A stretch of 64,000 nt of DNA, taken from assembly GCF_001194135.2 (NCBI RefSeq), contig NC_068990.1, positions 25,219,060 through 25,283,059 on the forward strand. The letters are read 5' to 3'. Of this stretch, positions 23,423 to 36,695 are shown in pieces; position 1 is the first letter of the stretch; each line of letters starts with the position of its first letter. Source of the stretch: Octopus bimaculoides. Its lineage: Eukaryota. A program made the position numbers and the translations under genes. The notes under the pieces were generated by a model. It was given only the letters and a program-made list of their open reading frames with translations. It ran no database searches and was not told the DNA's origin.

Positions 23423-24799
23423 ATAATTTAATTCCAATTTAATGCATTCCAATCTTTAATAGATGAGACAAGTCTTTTTGCAAGACTAAGATATTAGTCT
23501 ATTTGCAGACCATTCTCATCAGAAAAGCCAGCAACCAGGTGACCAACTAGATGAACTGGGGCATATTTAACACTATTGAACATGTCTCAGTTTATACAGA
23601 AACCATGTTAAACAACTGAAATGGTTACAAATCAAATGGTTTGACAAGAAAATTCAGAAGCAAGAGTAAAAGAGGCAGCTGTAGACCATAAAAAAAGGTC
23701 ACTTTGCTAGGAAGTTCTCGTATCAGACACAATCAACAGTCAATGCTAAGGGCAAGAAACTTGCTTCTGTTAAAATTCTCAAAGAATGAGAAGCCACTGA
23801 TGCATAACAGAAAAATAAAAGTTTCTGGTAAAACTAGCTGCATATAAAATCATATAAAATCACTGAGAAAGGAAAGATGAAGGAGATGGGTTTTTTTTAT
23901 GACAATTCCTATTATCTTTAGGATTTTAGAAATGAGGACCAGAAGGCAGTAATTGGAGGGATTAAACAGAAATCCCTTACTTGGGAATGAAACATATTGC
24001 ATCTACATATAGATTAGGGTAAATCTTAGTGTAGGGAGAAGAAAGGAATATCCTCACCACTGATGAAGTGGTGAGGATATAAGTTAGGGGTGGATCCCTG
24101 TTTGGTGATTAATGGGACAGACTGAAGGTACAAGCTGAGGGGGGAAGCCCAAGGATGGGGTTGAGGTAAAGGGTCAAGGGAATGGGCTAAGGAAAGGGGC
24201 TGAGGGGATGGATTAATGGTGGGGCTTAATAGTAGGGATACCATCAGGATCAGTCACCTTGCTAAATTTAAGTGATCAACCAGTTTCTTTATTTTTCTAA
24301 GTTGGCAATTGTGTGTATGGCAAGGGGTCAATGTATCCAGCCATAGACGCAGCTCATACTTCAGAGTTGTTGATTGACAGTCATTTTGTCTACCTTCTTT
24401 AATGAATAAATGGTGGTTGATGTATTGTATACTTTAGGAAAGGTGTGTGGAATCAAGTTTGGTGGAGCTTTGTTATTTGTGGGAGGAGGGGTGCAAGGGA
24501 GTGCAAGTGACAGAGAAAGTGTGTGTGTGTGCGTGCGAGTGTGTATGTGAGTGAATGAGTATATGGTGATGTATGAGAATGTGTATGTAATATGTATGAG
24601 AGTGTGGGTGTGCGATTGGGGTGGGGGCATGAGTAGGGTGTGTGAGTTTGTGGGGATGTGAGTGTTTGTGAAAGACTGGATATATATATGTAAGTGTTTG
24701 TGAGAAGGTGTACATAAGTGTGTGTGCAAACGAGAGTGTCTGTGAGCAAGAACATGTGAGTGAGTGAGTGAAAGAGAGCATGTGAGAGAGCATGTGTTG

Positions 24800-25170
24800 T
24801 AAGCAAAATTGCTAGCAAATGTGATTTCTTTATCAGCAGGTATCCTATTTACAGAATCATTTTGGTTGAGGAGCGGCAACATGGATACAAGCTTTAAATT
24901 AGTTGAGACCCTCTTGGCAAGGGACCAGAAGACCAAGATGCAGTTTGGGAGATGAGAGAGTTTGCACACAGTGCAATGCATATAAGGTATCTTTTGCTTG
25001 CTCTTCTGATGATTATCATGCAGGCATTATGGTGGTGAGTGATTTTCTTTGGATATGGTAAACAGTTTTGTTGGTTTGTACAGCTGCAAGCCACTTGAAG
25101 GTCTGGGAATTATGGCAGAAACCTAGGAGGTATCAGCTACCGAGTTAGATGATATGAAGTAGCTGAGATT
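24800..25170 (-). mobile_element. Degenerate LINE ORF2 fragment (endonuclease-RT linker, Jockey/CR1-like)
   Basis: Translates VFWSLAKRV...MLPLLNQNDSVNRIPADKEITFASNF, resembling the FW...PPL...DKA..FA..F linker motif. Confidence 0.5.
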
Positions 25171-25429
25171 TGGAGCAAGGGCTGTTGTTGTTGTAGTTAG
25201 CAGTTAAATATATTTATAACTAATCTGGGATTCAATGGTGAAAATATATACACACACAGACATATATATATATATATATATACACACACATATTTACATT
25301 TAAATAAAAGATTAGTGCAAAGGTTTTTATCCATTTTCATAATATACACATTTTACATATACAGACACCAAAGCTTAGTAGTTATGCGCACACACAACAA
25401 ACGTGTGTGTTTGATGTTTTTTTTTTTTT

Positions 25430-26165
25430 GTATTCCAGCCATTGGAATGCAGCCATGCTGGGCGACCACCTTGAAGGGTTTTTAGCCAAATAAACTGAAC
25501 CCAGTGTTTATTTTCCCTTTCTTTTAAGGCCTGGTATTCGTTTTCTCTTATTCTATTGGTCTCTTTTACAAAACCACTGAGTTATGGAGACATACATGAA
25601 CCAACACCGGTTGGCAGGTGGTGTTGGATGACAAACACAAAGACACACAGATAATAGATGTATTTGACTGTGGCCATGCTGGAGCACCACCTTTAGTCAA
25701 ACAAATTGGCTCCAGGACTTATTCTTTGTAAGCCTAGTATTTATTCTGTCGGTCCCTTTTGCCAAATAGCTAAGTTATGGGGGTGTAAACACACTGACAT
25801 TGGTTGTATAGCAATGGGGACAAACACACATACACAATGGGCCTCTTTCAGTTTCCGTCTACCAAATCCTCTCACAAGGTTTTGGTCGACCCAAGGCTAT
25901 AGTAGCAGACACTTTCCCAAGGTGCCATACAGTGGGACCAACCCCAGAACCATGCGGTTAGGAAGCAAGCTTCTTACCACACACCCACTCTTGCACCTAT
26001 AAATATATTTATGACAGGCTTCTTTCAGTTTCTTCCATCTACCAAATCCACTCACAAGGCTTCGATCAGCCTGAGACTATAGAAGGATACATTTGCCCAA
26101 GGATTCACATAGTAGGACTGAGCCCAGAACCATGTGGTTGAGAAGCAAACTTCTTACCACACAGC
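25430..26165 (-). mobile_element. Cluster of three SINE family A copies (tail, full copy, head)
   Basis: Repeated TGCTGGAGCACCACC tail and CAAATCCACTCACAAGGC head segments. Confidence 0.82.
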
Positions 26166-26169
26166 CACA

Positions 26170-26400
26170 TCATCCTCATCATCATCATTTGATATGTTTT
26201 CCATGCTGGTATGGGTTGGACAGTTTGACAAGAGCTGACAAGTCAGAAGACTGTACCAAGCTCTGCTGTCTACTTTAGCATGGTTTCTACTGCTCAAAGG
26301 CCTTCCTAATGCCAACCATTTTACAGTGTGTACTGGGTGTTGGGTTTTTTTTGTGGCACCAGCAGCAATGAGACCACCAAATAACTTTCAAGACAAGACT
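26170..26400 (-). mobile_element. RTE-type tail element
   Basis: CATCATCATTTGATATGTTTTCCATGCTGGTATGGGTTGGACAG. Confidence 0.7.
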
Positions 26401-26432
26401 CTTCCGTTACTGTTGTTATTACTATTATTATT

Positions 26433-26860
26433 AAGGCAGTGGAGTTGAGCAGAGAATCATTACAGCATTTGAAGAAAAATACTTTGTGGTATGTATTCCA
26501 GCTGTTTACATTGAGATCAAATCCAGCCAACCTCAATTTTGCCTTTCACCTCTCTAGAGTTGATAAAATACTAGTCAAGTACTGAAAATGATTGTATTGA
26601 CTAATTCTCATCCTCAAATTGCTGGCTTTGTGCCAGTAGGAAGGATTCTTATTAAGACAAAATGGCAGAACTGTTAGCACACTTGGCAGAAAGCTTAGTG
26701 ACATTTCATCTGTCTTTATGCACAGAGCTCAAATTCTGCTAAGGTCACCTTGGCCTTTCATCCTTTTGGGCTTGATAATATAAGTACCAGTCTAGTACTG
26801 GGGTTGGTGTAATCAACTTACACCTCTCCCCAATTTTAAGCCTTGTGTCTATAATAAAAT
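26433..26860 (+). mobile_element. Two tandem SINE family B copies
   Basis: GCAGAGAATCATT / TGGCAGAACTGTTAGCAC heads and GATAAAATA..AGT bodies, TTA-rich junctions. Confidence 0.78.
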
Positions 26861-26861
26861 T

Positions 26862-27298
26862 ATTATTACCTCCGTCTTATTATTATTACCCCCGAGGAGG
26901 CATTGTTTCCAGTTGTGTTTGATTGTTTGTTTGTCTGTGGACAAGATATCTCAAGAACTGCTGTATGGATTCGGATGAAACATTCAGGGATGTTTGACCT
27001 CGTGACTGGCACAAACTGATTAAATTCGGAGATTGATCTGGTACCAGACAAGGATTCTGGATTATTTTTTCTGTTTTTTTAATTAATTTTTGAGAGTGGT
27101 CAGGTTCACTTTTAGTATTTTTGTNNNNNNNNNNTTAATTTTTGAGAGTGGTCAGGTTCACTTTTAGTATTTTTGTTTGTGAGAGCAGTCAAGTTTATTT
27201 CAGATATTCTCATTTTTAAAATCATCTCCAGTTAATCATTGGGAAGACGTTGGTGTTGCCTTGGTGGAGGTTTGCACTCTCTGAGTGCTCGTGTTGTT
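26862..27298 (+). mobile_element. Non-autonomous Helentron-type element (HINE/DINE-1-like)
   Basis: 5' TTATTACCTCCG / ACCCCCGAGGAGG, short GTTT/GTCT repeat, 3' sub-TIR CCTTGGTGGAGGT then hairpin GCACTC-TCT-GAGTGC and T-rich end. Confidence 0.68.
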
Positions 27299-28739
27299 AC
27301 ATTATTATTATTTCTATTATCATCAGAATCATTAACATGTCAGACAAAATGCTTAGTGGCATTTCTTTTTCCAGCTCTTTAAATTCTGAATTCAAATTCA
27401 CTCACTCAAAGTGCCATGCATTTGGAATTGAACCTGACCATATGGTTGAGAGGCAAACTTTTTAATCAGGTTAAAGCACCCATGTCTCAAGGTCCCACCA
27501 CCTCCTCTGCCCATCAAGGAATCATGTGTTGTCAACAAACATTACATGAAGGAAGTTGTTCTCTGGAAGTGAAACAACAGTGGTTAACATGCACGCTCAA
27601 ACCTATCTGAAGAGAGGAGGAATTTACTCATCATTGTAAAATAAATTAAATATTGCAAAATTAACGTGAAACTTCACACTTCAACAAATAAAAAGAAAAA
27701 CTGATGTGAGGGATTTCTAAAACTAATGTGTTTTAATGAATAACAAAGGCAGTATTTATTTATTTATAAAGGAAACAAAATCAGTATTTAACTAGTGACT
27801 TATTGTACTGATTCCATAGAGAGGAAACAGCAAATGAATTGTGAAGGGATTTGAAATAAAAGCAAAGCGGTTTGGAAGTAGATGCTATAGAAAAACATCC
27901 TGCACAGCTGCTCTTTTGAGCAATTCACTTCTACCACCATAGAATTTTCAAAATAACAGCTTCAAAGACAGATTGAAAGAAAGACAAACAGATAGTATCT
28001 TTGAAGTTAACAATGCATAAACATATATATAATACACTCATGCCAACTATAAAGAATCAGGTGAAGATACTCAAGGGAGACAGACAACACATGCAATGTT
28101 AGGATATCTACTGTACATGCAACGACAACTCTTTTACTGCTTATGCTTATTAAAAACTGAAACAGGATTCCATTCTACTAATAGAATAAAGCTATAGCAA
28201 CAGTAAAAATGGTAAAAATAAAATGGAATAGTCTGTTTAAAATCTGCAGACATAAGGACAAATCAAAGTTTGGAAAAGAGGAGAAGGAAGATACGAAAGT
28301 ATTCTTTATATGACAGTGAAATTAGAATATGGCAAGACTAGAATTTCTAATATAGTTAATCAATCAACATTATAACAACCAAGTGTTTATTATTCATAAA
28401 TATTCATTTATTTCTTTTATTCTTTTACTTGTTTCCTCATTGGACAGCAACCATGTTGGAGCATTGCCTTGACGGATTTAGTTGAACAAATCAACCCCAA
28501 TAGTTACATGTCTGGTATTTTATTAGTATCATATTCTCTCATCCCTTGTAATACCTTCAGAGTACACCTTGACACATCACCATAGCCATATTTATCTCTC
28601 TTTCCAGCTACTTTCACCTACCCTTATATAATGCAGGGTATCCATGTATCTTTTCTATTGCACAAATCTGTCCCTGTACCTTCTAAACTTTAGCCTTTCA
28701 CCATCTGATGTAAAGCCACCTCCCTCTCTACTACACCCC

Positions 28740-28975
28740 CAGCTCAGTCAAGGAGGATTTTTTTTGTCATGCAAATTACTTGGTGACCCCACTAGTGTTG
28801 GTGCCATAAAAAAAGCACCCAATATACTCTGAAAAATGGTTGGTGTTAGGAGGGCTATCAGGTCAGAGAAACCATACCAAAGCAGACCCTGGAATTCGAC
28901 ACAGACCTCTGGTTTGTTGGATCCTATCAAACAGACCCAAAGCACCGGCATGGAAGACAGACATTAAACAATACA
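28740..28975 (+). mobile_element. RTE-type tail element, degenerate
   Basis: Similar to 19860-20060; ends GCATGGAAGACAGACATTAAA. Confidence 0.55.
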
Positions 28976-30252
28976 GAGCCTGTCTCTGTATTTCATACAT
29001 CAGAAACAGGCTCTTTGTAAATATAGAGTATGTTATATTAAGGGTATACAAATGTTACTTGCTTACAAAAACTTTAAGGAAAAAATAGTAATAATGAAAA
29101 ATGAAAGAGCCACTGATGAAACTGGTTATAATCAATATTGCTTCTGTTGCAATTAATTATTTTTTAATAAGCCTGCAGGCTATTTGTGACATCAGTGACT
29201 GAAAAGATACTGAAAATTTATATATCATTAATAATGAGATTTGGCTGTTATGTTGCTACTGGGTGTCTGCTACTGAGAAGCCCTAAACAGGATGAAATCC
29301 CATGAACAGGCAATTCCGGCAGCTGGAGCAGACAATTCTCATCTGTCAATGATAGAAATACATATGCTTTTATGCACCACAAATCCATATGAGAGGTTCT
29401 CTCTCAGCAAATAACAGCATTCGGTATTTTAACAAAACATCCACATTAAGTTAGACATAAAGATTACCACATAGAGTGTATTTTGATACAAATATAGAAA
29501 ATATAATTGTTAAACTCAACAGATTCAAAGCAGAAATACAACTCAATCAGGAAATTAGTTGAGAGAAGTTGAAAGCAACTGCAACAAGGTTAAAGAGTAA
29601 CCTAATCAAGTAACTTAATGAAGTACAGCAAGTTAATCGAGGTAACGACATTGAAGTTGATAGCACAACTCATTAGACAACTGGAATAGCCTAGTTATAT
29701 TTAGCTCTTTTGCCTTAGATGCACAAAATCAAGATTTTATGAGGGGGAGGGGTAGAGGGGTTCCAATGACCCAATACACTACAGACTCAGTTTATAATTA
29801 ACATTCCAGAAAAGTTACAAGTAGCTACCAAAGGGATTAGAGACTACATGGCCAAAATAATCAGTCTTAAAAAATACCTCAAGTTCAATCAACCACAAGA
29901 TATTTAGTGCAATGGTGTAATTTTAAGTAAACCACTCAGTTATATAATTAATTCTTTGAATATTTTCTAGCAGATCTTAGCTATACATCCCATCTTCATC
30001 ATTATATATAATCTTTATATACACACACACATATCATCATCTTCATAGAATGGAACTGTAAACTATATACATATATAAAATAATGATTCGCTTTTAATGA
30101 TGGAACATGAAGTAGATACAGTAGCTTTCCACTTTTCCAATCCAAGGTTTTTTTTTCTTTTAAATCAATATTTTACATGCTTTTATATATAGCTTTATCT
30201 ACTTTGAGCTCCATCATTAAAAATAATTTATTTTATATCACTTTCTAAATTC

Positions 30253-30388
30253 TAAGAAACTTACTTCCCAACCACATGGTTCTGGGTTCAGTCCCACCGC
30301 ACACCACCTTGGGCAAGTGTCTTCTACTATAGCCTCAGGCCAACCAAAGCCTTGTGAGTGTATTTGGCAGATGGAAATTGAAAGTAGT

Positions 30389-30419
<31 letters not shown>

Positions 30420-30637
30420 CTTTGAGTCTGTATCCCTATCACTGCAATGACAGCCAGTGTTGGTGTGTTTACATCCCAGTTGTTGCTGGCTACTCGTGAC
30501 ACTGTTCATCACCCAAAATGTTTTATGTTAAAAAATTTGTTCATAAGCCACAGTTCCATTTATATGGAGTCAATTTATTAGACTAAAGGTTGTGCTCCAG
30601 CATGGCTGCAGTCAAATGACTGAAACGAATAAAAGAA
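30253..30637 (+). mobile_element. SINE family A, near full length with (GT)n
   Basis: GGTTCAGTCCC, ACCTTGGGCAAGTGTCTTCTACTATAGCC, tail TGCTCCAGCATGGCTGCAGTCAAATGACTGAAAC. Confidence 0.87.
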
Positions 30638-30679
30638 TGTGTGTGTGTGTATATATATAAAACACTGAAGAAATATAAA

Positions 30680-31025
30680 TTGATATCCAGGGGCATATGA
30701 ATTCCTTATGTCTAACACAAAAAAAAAACAAAAAACACCCATGACTTTCGGAAACATTTTTTCATGCTCAGAATTGTTGAAGCATGGAATAAACTATCCA
30801 CATCAGTTGTTAGCTATCAGGACATTACATCCTTCAAAACTTCCAAGCTTCCTGAAATTTGCCAACAGTACACCCATTGCCCCACTCCCCCACTGTTTTT
30901 TTTAAATGACTCATCCACTGTTCACTTCCAGTGCATTTTTCTATGTACTGTTCATGCACTTTGGCTACTTCTTCTGATGAGCTGTAGTGCACCTGAACAC
31001 TGTATACAATAAGTTTGTCATTATT
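30680..31025 (+). mobile_element. CR1-clade LINE 3' end
   Basis: Translates FRKHFFMLRIVEAWNKLSTSVVSYQDITSFK (CR1 FFxxRVVxxWNxLP motif); same family as 60365-60910. Confidence 0.75.
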
Positions 31026-31997
31026 AAATTATGAAAAGTATGCTAAAAATAGCTCCAGAGTAAAAAAGGAATCACCTACCAAGAGGAATGTGTTATGAAT
31101 AAAAAAGAAGAAGAAATGACCAATCTGATGAAGTGATCCATAAAGCAACATCACATCTGAGGTTGTAATTAAAATATTATGTATAATGGAGTTTGGAATC
31201 ATGGTTTCCATTGTAAACTTGTTTGTCACTAAATTTGTACCCCTAGAAATTGGTTTATGCCACTACATAATTGAAATAGTTTCTGAATTTTTGCTTTTGG
31301 GGGAAAAACAAAAAATTGGAATAAATCTAGAACAGAAAGAAAATATAAAAGTTTTTTTTTTTTAATCTTAGAGAAAATCTTTATAGGTTACAATTAATTT
31401 CATTCCATCTATAAGAAAGATTGCATTTTTTTTTTTTTTGTATAGAATGAGATGTTAACAGCTGCCAATGTTCTAAAATATTTGCTTTGATTATGCCTCA
31501 GAAACCAGCTAAAAAAAAATTCTTCAAAAGAAGAGTCAATATCTTTTAGAGTAATTTGAGAGTCAATTTGTAATTATTGGGGAAATATTTTTTCAATCAG
31601 CAAATGCAAATGTGATAAGATGTTTGAATAATATGCAAGCAGCAGTAGTAGCAGCAGCAGCAGTATACTCGCAAGTCAACACATCATTGATCTACGAACA
31701 AAGAAACTCTTTGACAAAGTTATTTTAGCCTCGATTTAATTCAATCTATTGATTAGTTCATTTCTGTGAAATATAAAAGAATACATTGATTTTATTTTAT
31801 TATATTGAATTTTAAAAAAAAAATACCAACTGACTGAGCAACAGGGAATGCAATTACATTAATTAAATTACATTAGTAATGAGGGTGACGTTTGTCTGGG
31901 ACGTTTAAAGTTATAGTTTCTAATAAATTTGTAATATGGGATATTTGATAATATATATAACTCTTATGGAACAGATAGTTTAATAAATATACCAATG

Positions 31998-32189
31998 TTA
32001 ACCATTTTGTTACCGTATTTCTTTCGAAATACATTTTTCAGTTAATTTCGAAAATGAAGAATTTAGTAGAACTGTCATTGTTAAGCTGGTGTTAGAAACT
32101 TAAATTATTCATAATTTTTGATAGAAGACTAATTTAAAACACAGAGTTTGTATCATAATATCAAGTGGATTTGTATTTAAAAGAGTTAA
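31998..32189 (+). mobile_element. piggyBac-like MITE family 1
   Basis: TTAA|CCATTTT...AAAAGAG|TTAA. Confidence 0.7.
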
Positions 32190-32328
32190 CCCCCTAATCT
32201 AAAGATAAAATATTTCTTTAATAAAACTTGTAGGGATGAACTTTTCACTCTTTTACAATAGAACTTTTTTTCATTCAGTGTAATCTTTCATGTTGCAGTC
32301 ACTTAGATTTTTATATTCACACAATAGT

Positions 32329-32572
32329 TTAACCATTTTGTTACAGTATTTCTGTTGAATTACGCTACCCTTCTTTCAGTTACTTTTGGGGGGAAAAAAA
32401 AAAGAAAAAAAAGGAAAAAAAAAAAAATCAAAATAATTTTGCTCATATTAAGCTGATGTTTAGAACATAAGCATGAAATTTTGATGGAAGGTTTGTAGAT
32501 CCCTTTAAAAAGAGGAATTTGTATCATAGAATCAAGGATGGTCCCAGGTGGATTGGTATCAAAAGAGTTTAA
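32329..32572 (+). mobile_element. piggyBac-like MITE family 1
   Basis: TTAA|CCATTTT...GGTATCAAAAGAGT|TTAA. Confidence 0.7.
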
Positions 32573-33781
32573 TAATTTGATTCAGTAACCTACAAACACA
32601 TCATCATTTCAAATGCTTTTCATATCAAGGTTTATTTCCCAATAGGTCAGATAAAAACATGAACAGATTTGTAAAAAAAAAAAACTTACAGAAAAAAATA
32701 AATTCAAGGGCTTCTTTCATGTCACCCACATCCCATATGTTTTTTATTAATTAGTACAAATATAAGATTATTTGACTAGCCTGACTGTCCAGCAATGCTA
32801 TGCCAGCTAGATATTACTTTCATGTCAGGAATGAGGTTATAAATGAACCGTTTGTTCCTCCCTTTTAGATTAGAGGAAAAGAGTGTGAGCAGTCTACAAA
32901 AAGCAATTTGTATAAATTAATAAGCAAGCTTTTTGTTTCAGTTTATGGTGAGATTCTAAAGAAAAATAGTCACAACCTAAATTAAAAGAATAACAAACTT
33001 CACAAACTGGAACCTTGTCTCAGTACAGTGCAAGAAAATAGATTTAAAAATTCAAGGAAATAAGAAATAAAAGATTATTCCGTGTATATATTTAGAACTT
33101 ATTCTGCAAGACATAAGCTCCATGGTTTTTTTTAATAGAGTGAAAAACATGGGAAGAAATTCAGAAGCTAAGAAAGATAAGAAAATATAAAAACAGCTAA
33201 ACCCAGAGATAGAAGTTATAGATAGGAGAGATAGTAATGATAGAAAGACTAGTTAACAGGAAATGCTTTAAAGAACAACGTGTAAAAGACTGCAAGAGTT
33301 TATTTTATATTTTAGAGTTGGCAGGCAGATGGTAAAATGGAATCAAGATGTGACAAAAGGAACAACGCAAGAACACAATCCATTCTGTAACAATAAAAGA
33401 AATGGGAGTGAGAGTATTATGAACATTTGCTACAGAGTTAATGAAAAATCTATAAAAGCCTGAACTAATTTTAAGTCGTTAAGTCTATGATGTAATATAA
33501 TTAAAACATAACAAACTACTATTTACAATGACAGTCATGTGTTAATCAAGTATTTGTTCAAAAACATGTAATGTATCTGATAAGAGCGAATTTATTCACT
33601 AAATTAAGATAGTAGTGAAGTCATGTGTATCAATGTAGGTATTTGACTATGGTGTGATGATGTATAAGAGAAAACAAACAACAGTGGGATGCTGTGTGTG
33701 ATAAAGAGTCCCACTCAATCAATAAATTTAACTTAAACCAAAGTAAATGAGTATGTTTAAAAAAGAAATGCAAACAGCTAA

Positions 33782-33999
33782 TTAATCTTTTCATTACTGT
33801 ATTTATTTTGAGATGCTGTTTCTCTCAATTAATTTTAGATATAACAAAGAATTTAGTAAAATAACTTAGTTATCATTCAGCTAGTGTTAGGAACATTAAT
33901 TTTGAATAAGGTTTGCTAGATTTTAATTCAAAACTTATAAAAACAAGACATTTGTACTGCAGAGCCAGTTTAAGCTGGGCTGGTAATGAAAGGGGTTAA
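33782..33999 (+). mobile_element. piggyBac-like MITE family 1
   Basis: TTAA|TCTTTT...GAAAGGGG|TTAA. Confidence 0.68.
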
Positions 34000-34073
34000 A
34001 AGTAACGCCATTCCATCTTTTCGTTACCAAATTTCTGTTAAACTATACCGTCTCTGTTTTAATTTATTGTAAA

Positions 34074-34385
34074 GGCATGTAGCTTAGTGGTTAGGATATC
34101 TGGCTCATGACCATAGGGTCAAGAGTTCAATTTCTGGCAGGTGCGTTGTGTCCTTTAGCAAGACACTTTATTTTACATTGCTCCAGTCTGGCAAAAATGG
34201 GTTGTACCGGTATTTCAAAGGAACAGACTTGTCACATTCTATTTCTTGCTGAATCTCCCAGAGAACTACATTCAGGGTACCCATGTCTGTGAAGTACTCA
34301 GCCACTTACACATTAATTTCACAAGTAGGATGTTTCATGGATAGGATCGACTGGAATACACGTCATCATAACCAACAGAGTGCCA
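34074..34385 (+). mobile_element. tRNA-derived SINE family C
   Basis: TAGCTTAGTGG A box, GAGTTCAATT B box, TGTGTCCTTTAGCAAGACACTTTA core; copies at 35477, 45710, 62990. Confidence 0.82.
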
Positions 34386-34534
34386 GTTATTTTGAAAATA
34401 ATGAGCAATGACTTTTTCCAACTACAGCTTTTCACCCACAAAATACAGAAATACAAAGTAAAACTGCAACTTTGTTTTTTTTCTTTTCTTTTCCTTTTTC
34501 CTTCTCACATTGTTCCTACCTTACACAACAACCT

Positions 34535-34693
34535 TTTTTGAAGGAAATATAATTGCTATTGTTAAACTGGTGTTTGGAACATAAACTAGCATGAAACTTT
34601 AATGGACAAGTTTAATTTAAATCACTTTATAATTGAAAATTTGCATCTTTGAACCAAGGGTGGTCTCAAATGTGTTGGTATCAAAAGGGTTAA
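34535..34693 (+). mobile_element. piggyBac-like MITE family 1, 5' degenerate
   Basis: Ends GGTATCAAAAGGG|TTAA. Confidence 0.65.
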
Positions 34694-35476
34694 GTAGCTA
34701 TTTATGTCCACATGGTAATAGATTTCAGTGCTGGACCCTGAAACCCATTGCTATTTAAGGAAACATTTATTCATCCCTTACTCAACATTTAGGAATCTTA
34801 CATTAGCATTATCAAGAACAGAAGACCAAATATTTCTTGCAGAATCTAGAAAATAATTCATGCCCATCAAAGATATATATACTTTTAGTATGACACAAAG
34901 ATGGTGATTTTAGTTTGTTGCTGTTTCAACTGTATTCACTGAGATTTTAACAGGCCAACAAACTTTACACAATGTATTTTTCAAGGTTTCCTAAAAATTA
35001 AACTTCAAATTTCATCTTAACCCGTGACAAATGAGTGTACAACAATGACAAACCCTATGCAGGGTAAAACAAGCCTGTTATCCTTGTGAGTCATTGCTGC
35101 GACAATGTTTGTCTTGTTCCAATATATTATATATATATATACATATATATATACACACACACACACACATACATAGAGATAGAGAGAGATAGAGAAAGAG
35201 AGAGAGCTTTTCACATGTGTCTTTCAAGAAATTTTCTCTCAGACAACCATATCATCATTCCTTTTAATAGTGTATCTACATTTACTATGAGGTACAGATG
35301 GCAACCATAAATATATTCACCACTGAGGGAATCAAATGGGGTCAAACACAATCAGGAAACCCACTGACATTCTGGGTGAAGTCCTGTGTTTTTAGGTTTC
35401 TCTGAGACAAAATATCACAACTAGTGCCATTCCATGGTTGTATAGACATTATAAATGTTAAATATATATACACTGT

Positions 35477-35781
35477 GAAGGTGCAATGGCTTAGAAGTTA
35501 AGGTATTTGGCTCACAATCATAAGGTTGTGAGTTCAATTCCTAAATGTGTCCTTGAGCAAGACACTTTATTTCAAGTTGCTTCAGTTCACTCAGCTGGCG
35601 GAAATGAGTGGTACCTGTTTTAAGGGCCAACCTCATCACACTTTGTGTCATGCTGAATCTCCCTCAGAACTACATTAAGGGTATGTGTGTCTGTGGAGTG
35701 CTCAGCCATTAATTTCACAAGTAAGTAATTCTGTTGATCGGATTAACTGGAACACTCATTGTTGTAACCAACAGAGAGCCA
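35477..35781 (+). mobile_element. SINE family C
   Basis: TGGCTTAGAAG A box, GAGTTCAATTCC B box, collinear with 34074 copy. Confidence 0.82.
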
Positions 35782-36206
35782 GTTTCCTTTATTTTTTTAT
35801 ATGTACACCCCAGTACATAAATGAGTGGTTTATGATCATGAATATTTGAAAACAAGATTGGTTTGTGGGGTAATTTTGCTAAGATTAAGAGCTGAATTAA
35901 TGCCACAGTCATTGCATTGTGGCTATAGAATAGAACGACTATATTGGTCTGTTTTCTTTGTTGATAAAAAGATACTCGTCCTCCATGGTTGGGTGATTAT
36001 CACTAGGAAGAGCACCCAATTATAAGAACACCCCAGTGCTACAACAAACTTCAATTTCACAAAACTATCTTATCTATGTCACAATGGGACCAAAAAGAAA
36101 AGAATATAAAAGGATTCATGAATAAAGAATCCTAAGGTTGAGAAATTCAGTTAATTTTTTTTTACATTGAATATGTTTTGTCAAGGAAGGGGGATTAATC
36201 AAAAAA

Positions 36207-36349
36207 GTGTGGTAAGTGGCTTGCTTACCAACCACATGGTTCCGGGTTCACTCCCACTGCGTGGCACCTTGGGCAAGTGTCTTCTACTATAGCCTCAGGC
36301 CGACCAAAGCCTTGTAAGTGGATTTGGTAGACAAAAACTGAAAGAAGCC

Positions 36350-36394
<45 letters not shown>

Positions 36395-36589
36395 GTGTGT
36401 GTGTGTGTGTGTGTGTGTGTCTCTCCAACATCGCTTGACAACCTATACTGGTGTGTTTACATTCCCGTAATTTAGCAGTTCGGCAAAAGAGACCAATAGA
36501 ATAAGTACTAGAAGTCGATTTGCTCAACTAAATGCACTGCTCCAGCATGGCCACAGTCAAATTACTGAAACAAGTAAAAGATTAAAAGA
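36207..36589 (+). mobile_element. SINE family A with (TA)n(GT)n
   Basis: Well-preserved head and tail. Confidence 0.88.
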
Positions 36590-36695
36590 AAGTAAATGTA
36601 GGAATAAATAAATAAATATGAACAACAAAAACGTTCTTTGAATAGGTTGAAGGTTATGTCTTGCCTATTAGATTTTTATCTTTTGTTTTTATGTG

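Noticed and set aside
24140-24236. G-run cluster with G-quadruplex potential
   Set aside because: Irregular runs in probably repeat-derived sequence; nothing points to function
27083-27176. Exact 42-bp direct repeat
   Set aside because: The copies flank a 10-N gap; typical unmerged contig overlap
34074-34150. tRNA-like A/B-box sequences here and at all SINE heads
   Set aside because: No intact cloverleaf; they continue into repeated SINE bodies
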